Of a DNA stretch of 64,000 nucleotides, positions 46,838-56,501 are shown in pieces. A program made the position numbers and the translations under genes. The notes under the pieces were generated by a model. The model was not told the origin of the DNA and made no database searches. It saw nothing but the letters and a program-made list of their open reading frames with translations. The stretch spans positions 64,001-128,000 of IMG/VR virus record IMGVR_UViG_3300035208_002255; one strand, 5' to 3'. This stretch comes from a virus (taxonomy: Duplodnaviria > Heunggongvirae > Uroviricota > Caudoviricetes). Each line of letters begins with the position of its first letter. Within the stretch, counting starts at the first letter, position 1.

Positions 46838-46853
46838 AGAAAGCGAGACAACA

Positions 46854-47924
46854 ATGCAAGCGAGTTACAACTGCAACACGGAAGAGTTCAGCTTTGCCAA
46901 TGACATGGTGAATCGTTTCCTGGTAAATGAATTGCCGGGAGCGGAGTTCAAGAACTCCGAGGATATAGTTGACAGAATCTCCGAGTTGTTCATTGGAACT
47001 CGGCACATTCGATTGGCTGGAGCGCCTTCTCCTGAGAGTCAGGTACTGATTCGCAGCATCATTCGTTCTGCGATTCAGCTTGGGAAGCCTATTCCGGTGT
47101 TGAGTGGTGCAGGGCCAAAGAAGTCAAACTCTGGTGAGATTGACTTGGCAGAGTTCTCGGCGCTACAAAAGCTGGTGTGTTTGCAGGAGCGTGTACGAAA
47201 GTACTACGAACCTGGGATGTCATTCCGGATTCGTCTCGAAGATACAACGGGACTGTTTCTGGAACCAGCCAATGTGTGGAGTCAGATGGAGCGGTACTGT
47301 GCAGATTTCATCAGACTGTGCTTTATTCTTGAATCTCGCATTGGGGGCCAGTTCTTACATCCTTGGCGCGAATCATCCAGAGAAGAATCTGAAAAGATGT
47401 TGAAGCTTTCCCATTCCAATCTCCCGGCTTTCCTGAGAGCCTTTGAGACAGGGGATCAGGAAGGGGTACAAGCTCTTGGGTGGAAGAGTGGGGTAGGGCA
47501 AGAGTGGAAGGATTACCTGAACGATAGGTACACTCGGTTGTTCCCACATTGGACACAAGCTCAGAAGACAGAACTTTCGGCGAAGTACTTAGCCAATACG
47601 TTGGCAAGGTTCCAAGCAGGGATGACTGGTTCGAGTCCTGATTGGGCGGTAGAGGGGAAGCATTTGGAGCTGAGTTTTGCAACACCGGCACCTGGAGCAC
47701 CGAAGGTTTCGAGCCGAGTGTTCTACCGAACGATGTCGGTCAAGCAAACTAAGCGTCATATGCCGTACTGGAGAGCGAAGGGGTTCTTTAGGATGGTAGA
47801 TGGGCAAGTCAAGATGGGGTTGGACACCTGCAATACTTCATCGGTGTTCATTCCTGGATACATAACTCTGAAATCCAGAGATGACGAACTGAATGTTCGT
47901 GCTGATTTTCTGCAACAAGAGTAA
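46854..47924 (+). CDS. Possible DIT1/PvcA isonitrile-synthase-like protein
   Basis: KPIPVLSGAGPKKS, DLAEFSALQKL...VRKYYEPG...IRLED and a C-terminal MPYW loosely echo the family; weak. Confidence 0.4.
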   Translation: MQASYNCNTEEFSFANDMVNRFLVNELPGAEFKNSEDIVDRISELFIGTRHIRLAGAPSPESQVLIRSIIRSAIQLGKPIPVLSGAGPKKSNSGEIDLAEFSALQKLVCLQERVRKYYEPGMSFRIRLEDTTGLFLEPANVWSQMERYCADFIRLCFILESRIGGQFLHPWRESSREESEKMLKLSHSNLPAFLRAFETGDQEGVQALGWKSGVGQEWKDYLNDRYTRLFPHWTQAQKTELSAKYLANTLARFQAGMTGSSPDWAVEGKHLELSFATPAPGAPKVSSRVFYRTMSVKQTKRHMPYWRAKGFFRMVDGQVKMGLDTCNTSSVFIPGYITLKSRDDELNVRADFLQQE

Positions 47925-47955
47925 CACAACCAAGTTGTTACCAAAGAGGTAGGTT

Positions 47956-48192
47956 ATGAAAACTGAAATCAAGCTCATCATTTCCATTTTGAATGACGAC
48001 CACGGGGTATCGCAAGAGACCTGGGACGTGATGATGGATTGGACGATGACATTCTCGCCCGAGTTTTCTTGGCTGGTTTCCAGCCATGTAGAAGCAACGG
48101 ATGGACGATACTACGTCAAGGAGGGAAAGGTTCAAGAACTTCAAGATCAGCTTGAGGATTACGTCCGCAGGGAGTTGGTACAGGTGTTGTAG
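47956..48192 (+). CDS. hypothetical protein
   Basis: 78 aa; RBS GAGGT. Confidence 0.65.
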   Translation: MKTEIKLIISILNDDHGVSQETWDVMMDWTMTFSPEFSWLVSSHVEATDGRYYVKEGKVQELQDQLEDYVRRELVQVL

Positions 48193-48203
48193 AAAGGGAA
48201 AAC

Positions 48204-48524
48204 ATGAAAGAGGCAATTGTAGTTCTATTGGTGAGCATCGCAGTGATTCTTGGAATCACTTGGATTGCACAGGGTGCGGACTTTTTTCTTTACAAGGTGT
48301 TTGCACCGAAGTACGAGGAAGTACGTCGGCAGACATTCGAGGAAACGAAGTCCTACAATGACGGGATGGTACAGGAGCTGCAAAACATGCGGTTCGAGTA
48401 CATCAAAGCAGATGCCGAGCACAAGAAAGCGCTCGCTCCAATCATCAGACACCGGGCGGCAAACTATCCTTGCGATAGGATGCCAGCTGACCTGTGTACG
48501 TTCGTGAACTCCTTGGGTAACTAA
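48204..48524 (+). CDS. membrane-anchored hypothetical protein
   Basis: N-terminal TM; VRRQTFEETKSYNDGMVQEL. Confidence 0.7.
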   Translation: MKEAIVVLLVSIAVILGITWIAQGADFFLYKVFAPKYEEVRRQTFEETKSYNDGMVQELQNMRFEYIKADAEHKKALAPIIRHRAANYPCDRMPADLCTFVNSLGN

Positions 48525-48542
48525 GTTACCAGAAAGTTGCCA

Positions 48543-49112
48543 ATGAAAAGCAAAATCATTCTGTTCATCCTGTTTGTTCTGAGCATCTGCACGGTGTGTG
48601 TTGGGTGTTTGGATTTCAAAGAATCCTCTGATCAGAAGCAGACGAAACAGCAAGAAAGACTCTTGGCTGAGGGGACTGCCCAAGTAGGGTTGCCCAATAT
48701 CAAGAACTTCCGTGAGCGGAAGTTGTTGAAGGACATTCTGGAGATGCGTGATCAAGAGGGGCTATCAACTTGGACGTACTTGTGGAGTGAGGTTCAAGGG
48801 AAGTGGGTATTCTTCTGTCACTCTGTTGGGTATGGGATTCCGTACTCCACGCAGTTCACGAATCCCTTGAAGATTGAATTCACGAACCGCGAAGGTCAAG
48901 CTGGATATTCGTATGATGTACTTCCGCAAGCTGACCCGAACGGATTGTTCTCGCCAAGTTCGGCAGATGGTACTTGGGTTCTTTGCAAGGATCCAAACGG
49001 TGACAAAGTATTGCCGGTACTTGTCGAACCCAGGTGTATCGTATCGCCGTTCGATTTGACGCCGAAAGAAGTTCCGAAGGAACCTAAGGACAAACCGACA
49101 GGGCCGCAGTAA
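48543..49112 (+). CDS. putative lipoprotein
   Basis: Signal peptide ending VGC; YGIPYSTQFTNP, QADPNGLF. Confidence 0.7.
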   Translation: MKSKIILFILFVLSICTVCVGCLDFKESSDQKQTKQQERLLAEGTAQVGLPNIKNFRERKLLKDILEMRDQEGLSTWTYLWSEVQGKWVFFCHSVGYGIPYSTQFTNPLKIEFTNREGQAGYSYDVLPQADPNGLFSPSSADGTWVLCKDPNGDKVLPVLVEPRCIVSPFDLTPKEVPKEPKDKPTGPQ

Positions 49113-49459
49113 TGGCAAACAACTACTCTGGATACTCTTTCGCAATAAAAGTTCCAAACGAAGCAGCCGCTCGGTGGTTGGAGAATCAAGCGGAGGAGAA
49201 TGGGATTGACACTGAGAGATACCAAGAAAGTTTGGTTCTTTCGAGAGAAGATTCCATCGACCTTGTGGTGGTGACTGAGTTTCTTCAGTTGTATCTAAAG
49301 AAGTTTGCACCCAAGGATGTTATTGGATTCTCCTGGGCAGAGTGGTGTGACAAGCCCAGAGTGAATGAGTTTGGTGGGGGCTGTGTTGTTGTCACCTGTG
49401 CTGAGATTGTGATCGAAGATACTTCGGAACGTCTCGAAAAGCTGATACCGAAACCATGA
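49112..49459 (+). CDS. hypothetical phage protein
   Basis: WAEWCDKPRVNEFGGG. Confidence 0.7.
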   Translation: MANNYSGYSFAIKVPNEAAARWLENQAEENGIDTERYQESLVLSREDSIDLVVVTEFLQLYLKKFAPKDVIGFSWAEWCDKPRVNEFGGGCVVVTCAEIVIEDTSERLEKLIPKP

Positions 49460-49674
49460 AAGCTCAAATCATCGGCGAGGTAGAAGTTTACGACTTCATC
49501 GTTAGATTTGACAACTCGGAAGAGGGTAATCGAATTTGGTTACCCGATGAAGAACTTGTAGACCTAACGGAAGAACAAGTTGCTCTCGTGTTACAATACA
49601 GGAAGTTAGCTAGTAAATACTACGAACTTTGCAAGGCGAAGAAAGCCGAGCAAGATGCGAAGGAGTCAGGATAG
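49456..49674 (+). CDS. hypothetical protein
   Basis: 72 aa, ATGA overlap. Confidence 0.6.
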   Translation: MKAQIIGEVEVYDFIVRFDNSEEGNRIWLPDEELVDLTEEQVALVLQYRKLASKYYELCKAKKAEQDAKESG

Positions 49675-49729
49675 CCGAAACCCGCTAAAGCGGGTCGCAT
49701 GGGGATAACCGCCCATGCCTGATGATGGC
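49674..49729 (+). ncRNA. Hammerhead ribozyme candidate (type II topology)
   Basis: GCC-GAAA-CCCGC(UAAA)GCGGG-UC-GCAUGGG(GAUAACCG)CCCAUGC-CUGAUGA-U-GGC; all core motifs present. Confidence 0.72.
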
Positions 49730-49766
49730 AGGTTTTTTAGGATAACTCCAACTTCAGAGGGATGGA

Positions 49767-50006
49767 ATGAGACACAACATGGCAGGAAGAATCCAAACAA
49801 TTCATCTCATCACAAATTGGTATGACATTGTGCATGAGTTTGGATGGAAGACTTACATTGAAGCATGGAAAGTAAGTTTGCGAGGTGGGACTTTTCTGGA
49901 GGCTGTTAGGAAATCAACACCACCACCACTACACCAAGAAATAAGAGGGAATCATGAGTACAATGAGTGCAGAGCAAAAAATCCAAGAGAAAAAAGACCG
50001 TCGTGA
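49767..50006 (+). CDS. hypothetical protein
   Basis: 79-aa ORF. Confidence 0.45.
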   Translation: MRHNMAGRIQTIHLITNWYDIVHEFGWKTYIEAWKVSLRGGTFLEAVRKSTPPPLHQEIRGNHEYNECRAKNPREKRPS

Positions 50007-50136
50007 CACAGCTATTCAAGCATCGCTAGCGGTTGTTGAGAACAATCCGGCGCTTGCAGACGAGTACGCATTCCAGGCGTTTCTGAGTCATAAAGAGATT
50101 TGTGATTTGGAGCGCGAATTTAAGAAAGCATCCTAA
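49954..50136 (+). CDS. hypothetical protein
   Basis: 60 aa; RBS GAGGG. Confidence 0.55.
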   Translation: MSTMSAEQKIQEKKDRRDTAIQASLAVVENNPALADEYAFQAFLSHKEICDLEREFKKAS

Positions 50137-50307
50137 CATGAAGCAAAAGACAAAAGACAATCTAACCACAATAGCATTGTTTGTTGGAGGGGCGGTTGTT
50201 ATCTATCTGTTTACACTCGCGTTCTTTATTGGATGCGAAGCAGTTGTATTGAATGTTGGTCGCCAGATTCTTCGGTAACAAAATGCCTTTCAATGAAGGT
50301 GTTGGTT

Positions 50308-50877
50308 ATGAATAAATTAATCCATGTAGCTATAATTCATGAGGGTACGGTTTATTCATTACCCGAGCCCAATCGTCATCATCATGTAATTCGTCATATT
50401 GTTGAGAAAACTGGTGCACGATATGTGGATGGTGAGCAAGGGTTTCTTGATGAAGATGGGAAATTCCTTGATCGTGTACAGGCAAAGATTCGTGCAAGAG
50501 AAACGGGACAATTACAGATAGATGATCCAATCAGAAAACCATTTGGTGTAGAGTATGAAATCATGAAAACAATAGACCTTAGTCACACAGACCTCATGGA
50601 TTTTTGGAAGAGATATTCCAAACCCACAAGGAAGGACGCAGAGGAGTTAGTACAGGACCGACGTACAGGGTATTTAAGGATTTCAGCGACCCTAGCCAAC
50701 TATGCTTGTAATCTTCACATAGCTTATCAGTGCCAAGTGAATAACCATGATCGTCATGGGGTGAATGTTTATCTTCAATGTGCAGATCTGTGCTGGGAAC
50801 AACTTCCTCATGACGTACAAGATCGGGTAACACCACCTAGTTGGTTAGAAGACCTACGAAATGATAGGGTTTCATGA
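50308..50877 (+). CDS. hypothetical protein (two-module)
   Basis: Likely start MNKLIH; EQGFLDEDGKFLDR module then a second module from MKTIDL. Confidence 0.6.
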   Translation: MNKLIHVAIIHEGTVYSLPEPNRHHHVIRHIVEKTGARYVDGEQGFLDEDGKFLDRVQAKIRARETGQLQIDDPIRKPFGVEYEIMKTIDLSHTDLMDFWKRYSKPTRKDAEELVQDRRTGYLRISATLANYACNLHIAYQCQVNNHDRHGVNVYLQCADLCWEQLPHDVQDRVTPPSWLEDLRNDRVS

Positions 50878-50878
50878 A

Positions 50879-51094
50879 ATGAGGCAAGTTAAGATTGATG
50901 GAGTGCTTCACAACTATGAAGTTCAGGATTGGGCTCAATACGGATGGCCAAAGGATCCTTCAATCTCTTACAGGATCTTTAGTTGTCCAGCGGATCGTAA
51001 ATTCGTTAGGACGGCACAACATGACTTTCCACTTGCCGTAACAAAGCTTGAAGGGAAGTTCCGAACGTCAGGACACGAGTACGAGTTTGTGTGA
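50879..51094 (+). CDS. hypothetical protein
   Basis: Likely start MRQVK. Confidence 0.5.
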   Translation: MRQVKIDGVLHNYEVQDWAQYGWPKDPSISYRIFSCPADRKFVRTAQHDFPLAVTKLEGKFRTSGHEYEFV

Positions 51095-51336
51095 GAAAAG
51101 GAGAGTTAGCAATCATGCTTGATATAACAACATCACGTAAGCATGTGATGTACAATCACATACTTAGTTTCATGGCGCTAGTGGATACGTTACCAAAAGA
51201 AGAAATTCGTGAGGTTATGGATTCACTTTGGAGGACAGCCACAGACCCTGAAGAGGTTGCATTCATCAACGCTGTTGAGCGTTTTGCCATGAGAGAATAC
51301 AAGGAAGAGAAGAATGAAATTTCGCCGACAAGTTGA
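51091..51336 (+). CDS. hypothetical protein
   Basis: 81 aa. Confidence 0.5.
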   Translation: MRKGELAIMLDITTSRKHVMYNHILSFMALVDTLPKEEIREVMDSLWRTATDPEEVAFINAVERFAMREYKEEKNEISPTS

Positions 51337-51498
51337 GAGTGATGGCAAGATGCGACCCATAGGGGATTGTACGATGATGATACGCCGAATGATGTTCGTA
51401 GGTCTAGGCTTCGGCGTTTTCGTCGTACTATGAAGCAGGTTGTTCGTACCCTAATCAAAGCGAGAAGGTGAACGGTTGTTCTTTGCGCAAGAACGAAC

Positions 51499-51780
51499 AT
51501 GAAGAAAGCGGGACAAATGACAACAAGTAAGATTACTTTCGGTAATCCCAACAAGTTTGAAATAGGTGACATTGCCAAGCACACCATGCACGAGTACTAC
51601 ATTTTGGTTACAAACGGTGATCATAAGATAGATTCGGGTGGTTGCTGGAACACTGTGATTGATGGAGTTGTAATTCTTCCATCATGCAATTCTCCAATTG
51701 GAAAACCTATCCTTGGGGAATTTGTTGAAAAGTTCGAGAAGGTTTCCAAAGGAACTTCTGTTACTCTAACACAACAGTGA
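51499..51780 (+). CDS. hypothetical protein
   Basis: 93 aa. Confidence 0.55.
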   Translation: MKKAGQMTTSKITFGNPNKFEIGDIAKHTMHEYYILVTNGDHKIDSGGCWNTVIDGVVILPSCNSPIGKPILGEFVEKFEKVSKGTSVTLTQQ

Positions 51781-52048
51781 AGCTTTACAAATTCAGAGTG
51801 AAAGTTGAGAACTATGAAAACTTCAAAGTCAAAGTCTGTGAAAATTCCACAACCACCGGCAGTCACGGCAGTCAACGCTGAGAAAGAATCAGAGATTCTT
51901 CTCAACCAACTACTTTCGGGGGATCCTAAGCTTGTTGAGAAACTTCAAGCAAGGGTTTGAGATTTGGGAAACAGTCTCTCCCGTTGGTTATATGGCTAGG
52001 TGGTAACCGGCCGCTGGGTCGATGCTTCCGAGGCACACGAAAGACAAC

Positions 52049-52198
52049 ATGAAAAAGTTTCTCGTAAAGATTGTGAAGTTCTTCAGCGAAGGTTTTCAAT
52101 ACGATCAGTGCGGTGCATACACATCACCATGGTTTGAGTATGGGTGTTGGTATGTACCGTATGTACCGTATGTACCTGTTCAACAAGTCAAACGCTAA
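52049..52198 (+). CDS. 49-aa peptide with (YVP)3 repeat
   Basis: Manual translation; preceded by the ATGCTTCCGAGGC motif. Confidence 0.5.
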   Translation: MKKFLVKIVKFFSEGFQYDQCGAYTSPWFEYGCWYVPYVPYVPVQQVKR

Positions 52199-52319
52199 GT
52201 TGTAACACAAATCCTAAGCCAGTGCGGGAGTTCAGGGAGGACTTTCCTCCCGTACTCCCTGTACAATTTACCAAAGAATTGTAGGTTTAGATGTCTGTGT
52301 AACAAAAAGAAAGGTCAAT

Positions 52320-52925
52320 ATGACTGAGCGAGATTTTGGTCAACTGTGTTGGGAGTTGTATAAAAACAAAACCAAACACAGAGGTTATCAGCTTTACAAA
52401 GACAAGGAAGAGCTGAAAAACTGTCAATATATCATACGCGAAGATGGTCTTGAGATTTCGCAGTACTGGGCGAGGCAAACTTTCTTCGGAGTACAGGAAG
52501 CTCGAATTGGTTTAGCAGCCATTTGTGAGCTAGCGAAAGGGTATCTGGTTAGGGTATCCTTTAACGAAACATTCACTTGGAAAAAGTCCCAAATTGAAGG
52601 GAAGCCTAATCGTTGTCGTAATGGATGGCAAATCTTCATTTTACCCGCAAAAGAGCTGTTTGATGGAAATTGTGAGGTCTTGGATGTTTGGTTGCCTCCA
52701 TACGCTGATGATCGTTTCGAGTACACACTAGAACTGAACTTCACTAACTGGTATTACTCACTCAAGTGGGTGGATGGAGTCTACACATTCACTGGACATT
52801 GTTATTGTGAAGAGGGTGTAGAGGCTTTCAAGAACGTTTTCCCAGAGTTTCCTGCTAAGGTACAAGGAAACAAAGACGATGGTTGGGAAATTGTTGTGCA
52901 AATCTACAAGAAAGGTAAGTCCTAA
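52320..52925 (+). CDS. hypothetical protein
   Basis: 201 aa; RBS AAGG. Confidence 0.65.
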   Translation: MTERDFGQLCWELYKNKTKHRGYQLYKDKEELKNCQYIIREDGLEISQYWARQTFFGVQEARIGLAAICELAKGYLVRVSFNETFTWKKSQIEGKPNRCRNGWQIFILPAKELFDGNCEVLDVWLPPYADDRFEYTLELNFTNWYYSLKWVDGVYTFTGHCYCEEGVEAFKNVFPEFPAKVQGNKDDGWEIVVQIYKKGKS

Positions 52926-54235
52926 TGACTGAGAACACTACTGGACATAGCGAATTTGATGCAACCGATGGACTAATCAAGCTAATGGTTGGCATGGCAG
53001 ATGCCGCCGCAACGGCTGAGGCGTCCAAGAGTGTGGTTCCAATGGAACACACTGGAACTGAGACTGAGATTGTTCTGAAGAAAATGCTCACTGAAAATAC
53101 AGGGGCATCAATTCTGGATTCTGGTTTTGACAATGGTCGGCATTGGCAGCAAAACAAGGGGCGGGATTTTGATTCCGAACCCGCTGCAAGTCTCAAGTTC
53201 AGCACATACAGAAATTCTGATGGTGACACGAAAGCAGACATTTCAGTTACTCTGAACGTGTACCACTGGTTGAAAGAGCGTTTGGAATACAGTGCTGAAC
53301 TGGACAACATCTTTCATGGTCGGTTCCTAAAGGAACGAGATGCTGATGATTCTAAGCACTGGTTAGAACTCATGGATGAGTTTCCTGAGTACCTTGCAAC
53401 ACTGAAAGAAGGGGATTGGATTCCTGACACTGGGCTAAACGAAGAACAGCTGGAAAAGCTTAAGAGAAAGTCTGAGCTTGCTGAGATTGATGAACTCTCC
53501 GAAGCTGAGTTGAAAGAACTCGGAGAAATCAATGCCTTCCTGAAAGCAATGCAGCCTAAGGAAGATAATGATGAAGATGAGGAACATGAACTAAGGTTTG
53601 GAGAGTCAAGCGGTATATATGGTGAAGGCAATCCAATTACGGTTAACACTTACAATGGTGAAAACTTAGTTGACCAAGTTCTTCAGTACGTATTGTTCAC
53701 CAACAATTTTGGAGGGTACATTGCTCTTCAGATTCATGGTGGAGCTGATGTCCGTGGTGGTTATACGAAGCCCAGGATTTTCGAGTTCGGACACATGGGT
53801 GAGTATGACATCTTGGATAATGCCAGAGCAAGTATTTATTGCACTGGAAAGGACCGACTTCCCGAAGCTGAGCGATTCTTTGAGAACATGAAAGATGTAT
53901 TGAATCGGAGGATTCTTCCTGGAATGGAAGAGGTATTCAGGAAGGAAACAGAAGAGACAAGAACAATGTTATTGGAGTTGGAAAACTCCAATAAACATCA
54001 TTGGAGTACTGATGATGCTTGTCATTGGTACTTCCAAGGGTCTTGTGGAGCGGGTGCAGAACCCCAGCTTGAAAAGTACGAGGTTGTCAACCTTGATGAT
54101 GAAGATAACGAATTCAACGTTGAAGTTGATGAGGATACGAAGGAACAGACATGGGAGCCTGGTAAGTTGTGCATCAAGGATGGTAATGGTTACTGTCCGT
54201 ATTGTGGTGCTAGATTGGGTGTAAGTTCTTTCTAA
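52925..54235 (+). CDS. hypothetical phage protein
   Basis: 436 aa; LTENTGASILDSG, IHGGADVRGGYT, terminal CPYCG. Confidence 0.75.
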   Translation: MTENTTGHSEFDATDGLIKLMVGMADAAATAEASKSVVPMEHTGTETEIVLKKMLTENTGASILDSGFDNGRHWQQNKGRDFDSEPAASLKFSTYRNSDGDTKADISVTLNVYHWLKERLEYSAELDNIFHGRFLKERDADDSKHWLELMDEFPEYLATLKEGDWIPDTGLNEEQLEKLKRKSELAEIDELSEAELKELGEINAFLKAMQPKEDNDEDEEHELRFGESSGIYGEGNPITVNTYNGENLVDQVLQYVLFTNNFGGYIALQIHGGADVRGGYTKPRIFEFGHMGEYDILDNARASIYCTGKDRLPEAERFFENMKDVLNRRILPGMEEVFRKETEETRTMLLELENSNKHHWSTDDACHWYFQGSCGAGAEPQLEKYEVVNLDDEDNEFNVEVDEDTKEQTWEPGKLCIKDGNGYCPYCGARLGVSSF

Positions 54236-54387
54236 TGGCTTACCACTGAAATAGAGCACTCACTATTGGTGGTGAGTGCTCTGTACTCCCACCGGTCTTT
54301 GCAAGGTAGAGTCCGTTTTGTTTTCGGGTTCTATATAGGTTTCGGAAACTGAACTTTCAAATTGGAATTTGGTTAGGAGAGAGTAAC

Positions 54388-54993
54388 ATGGAACCAGTTC
54401 AAGTCATTGAACACTTGGGGTATACGATTAAGGTCTTTACAGATGAAGACCCCACGAATCCTAGAAAAGATTTCGATCATCTAGGAAAGATTCTGTATGT
54501 ATCTTCACGATACGAATTAGGAGATGAGCAAAAGGATACTGATACAATCCAAGAGATTGCGGAACGCAATGATGTGATTGCTCTCCCGGTGTATGCTTAC
54601 ATTCATTCTGGGGTTGTGCTGGGCACTTCCGAGTTCTCATGTCGGTGGGATTCTGGACAATCTGGAATCATCTACTGTGAGGTTGAAGATGCTAAAAAAG
54701 AGTATCCTAATCTGGAAGATGCAGAGTTTGATAAGGTAGTTCGAGAGAGGCTCAAGGCAGAAGTTGAAGAGTTCTCGAAGTATCTTAGCGGTGAAGTTTA
54801 CGGCTTTGTTATTACGGAGCCTACAGGAATCCAGGAACACTCTTGTTGGGGGTTCTACTCTTTGGATGACTGCATTGCAGATGCAAAAGCATTTGCTGAT
54901 ACAACACCAATTCCTCAATTGTGCATGACGTTCAACGGAACCGAAACAACTTGTACAAATTGTACGAACACGGGAACTCAGAGTTGCCAATGA
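54388..54993 (+). CDS. hypothetical phage protein
   Basis: LPVYAYIHSG, WDSGQSG, SCWGFY. Confidence 0.75.
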   Translation: MEPVQVIEHLGYTIKVFTDEDPTNPRKDFDHLGKILYVSSRYELGDEQKDTDTIQEIAERNDVIALPVYAYIHSGVVLGTSEFSCRWDSGQSGIIYCEVEDAKKEYPNLEDAEFDKVVRERLKAEVEEFSKYLSGEVYGFVITEPTGIQEHSCWGFYSLDDCIADAKAFADTTPIPQLCMTFNGTETTCTNCTNTGTQSCQ

Positions 54994-55049
54994 CAAGGAT
55001 TTCTTTGATTAGCTAGTATTTGGGAAGCAAGGTGGTAAGGAGCAAAAAG

Positions 55050-55535
55050 ATGACTGAAGAAAAACATAATGATTGTGAGATGTGTGTATTAGCTCAGAAG
55101 CTTGGACACTCAAGCTGTACGCAGCTTACCAACGAAATGATCAATGAGTGTCTGGATGTCATCCACAAGAAAGATGATGACTTCTTTGTCTTAGCAAAGT
55201 CTAAGTTTGAGGCTGGTGAGATTTCCAAAGAGGAATTCATAAAGTTGGGAGGTCACTCAAGCCATGCGATGGGTTATGCTGCAGCTACCATAGCTGCAAG
55301 TATGGCTTTCGATGGACCGAAATTACCTCCCGAAGTAATCATCGAAACAGTCTCTAAGAGACTTGGTGAGATCATGTTAAATTTGCTTACATCTAAAAGT
55401 GGTGCAAGTATTCTCGAAACTATTCCTGCTAATATCCTGAAGACTCTGGAAATGCTTGGTATCAAGGTTGATGCCGAAGGAGGTTTGGGATTGGGTTTGC
55501 CCAAGAATAAAGAGATGGACCCGAAACTTAACTAG
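55050..55535 (+). CDS. hypothetical protein
   Basis: Likely start MTEEK; RBS AAGGAG. Confidence 0.65.
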   Translation: MTEEKHNDCEMCVLAQKLGHSSCTQLTNEMINECLDVIHKKDDDFFVLAKSKFEAGEISKEEFIKLGGHSSHAMGYAAATIAASMAFDGPKLPPEVIIETVSKRLGEIMLNLLTSKSGASILETIPANILKTLEMLGIKVDAEGGLGLGLPKNKEMDPKLN

Positions 55536-56113
55536 CAGGAGTATTGTGATTCAAATACCATTGATTGAGAATCATACAGCTAAAGAGTTGTGCAATCTTT
55601 TCCAGGAGTCTGAACTTCTGGATGCAATAGCTTACATAGAATTGGTGTTCAGGCAAGAAGTTATCCCGGGATGTGAATTATTCCGCTTAGGTATTGATTT
55701 GAACTACAGTACACAAGAATTGTGGGCAGTACAGAACCGGTTGGCACTTGCAGTACATCACATGAATACCAGCAACCACCCTGGTTGTATGGCTGCATAA
55801 AAAGAAACAGCTAAGAATTCTTCAAACATTTCCCAGGTACTTTGCTTGGAAATACAAGTTCTTAAAGCCCCAATCAGGGTAAGTGCGGGAGTGTCCGTAA
55901 GGCTTTTAGCCGAGCCAGTCCTCCCGCACTCCTTGTCTGGGAAGGAGCTTCTGTGAAATCTACAAATACTTGTGATAACGAATACAATCTTACTAACATC
56001 ATCGAATTTGCGATTCGCACTCGGTTACCAGCCTTACAACGACAGGTTCAACAAGAACGTCAACACTACAGGGACAAAAAAAGAACTCCAAGTAAGTACT
56101 TCAAGAGGTAACA

Positions 56114-56497
56114 ATGTCTGAAGCAATGGATACAATGGAGAGCACGATTCAACGAGCCAGAATGGCGTTATGTGCAGGGGTTTCTGAGGCGGATGTATTC
56201 GATGCTATCTCCAAGCAGGAAACTCCTGACATTGCTTTCTTTGCAATCCAGGCTGCGAAATGTCTTCTCAAGATTGAGGTGGGAGAAGTGATGCCAAAAA
56301 GAACAAACAAAATCATTTACGAGTACACTACGAAAGAAATCGAGGAGCTTGTTATCAAGTCTCTTGGGTCTGAGGCTGATGGCAAGAAAGTTGATGTGGT
56401 ATTCGACATAGGTGAACGCAACTATGACGGACCCGGTTCAGGAATTCCATTTCTACGAACGATAAAGGTAACAATCCAGGAACAAAAGGAGAGTTGA
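56114..56497 (+). CDS. hypothetical protein
   Basis: 127 aa; RBS GAGGT. Confidence 0.6.
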   Translation: MSEAMDTMESTIQRARMALCAGVSEADVFDAISKQETPDIAFFAIQAAKCLLKIEVGEVMPKRTNKIIYEYTTKEIEELVIKSLGSEADGKKVDVVFDIGERNYDGPGSGIPFLRTIKVTIQEQKES

Positions 56498-56501
56498 TCC
56501 G

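Noticed and set aside
55456-55800. ORF as annotated from 55456
   Set aside because: It overlaps the preceding gene by 80 nt. A shorter gene from a GTG near 55545 is plausible, but I could not support the start.
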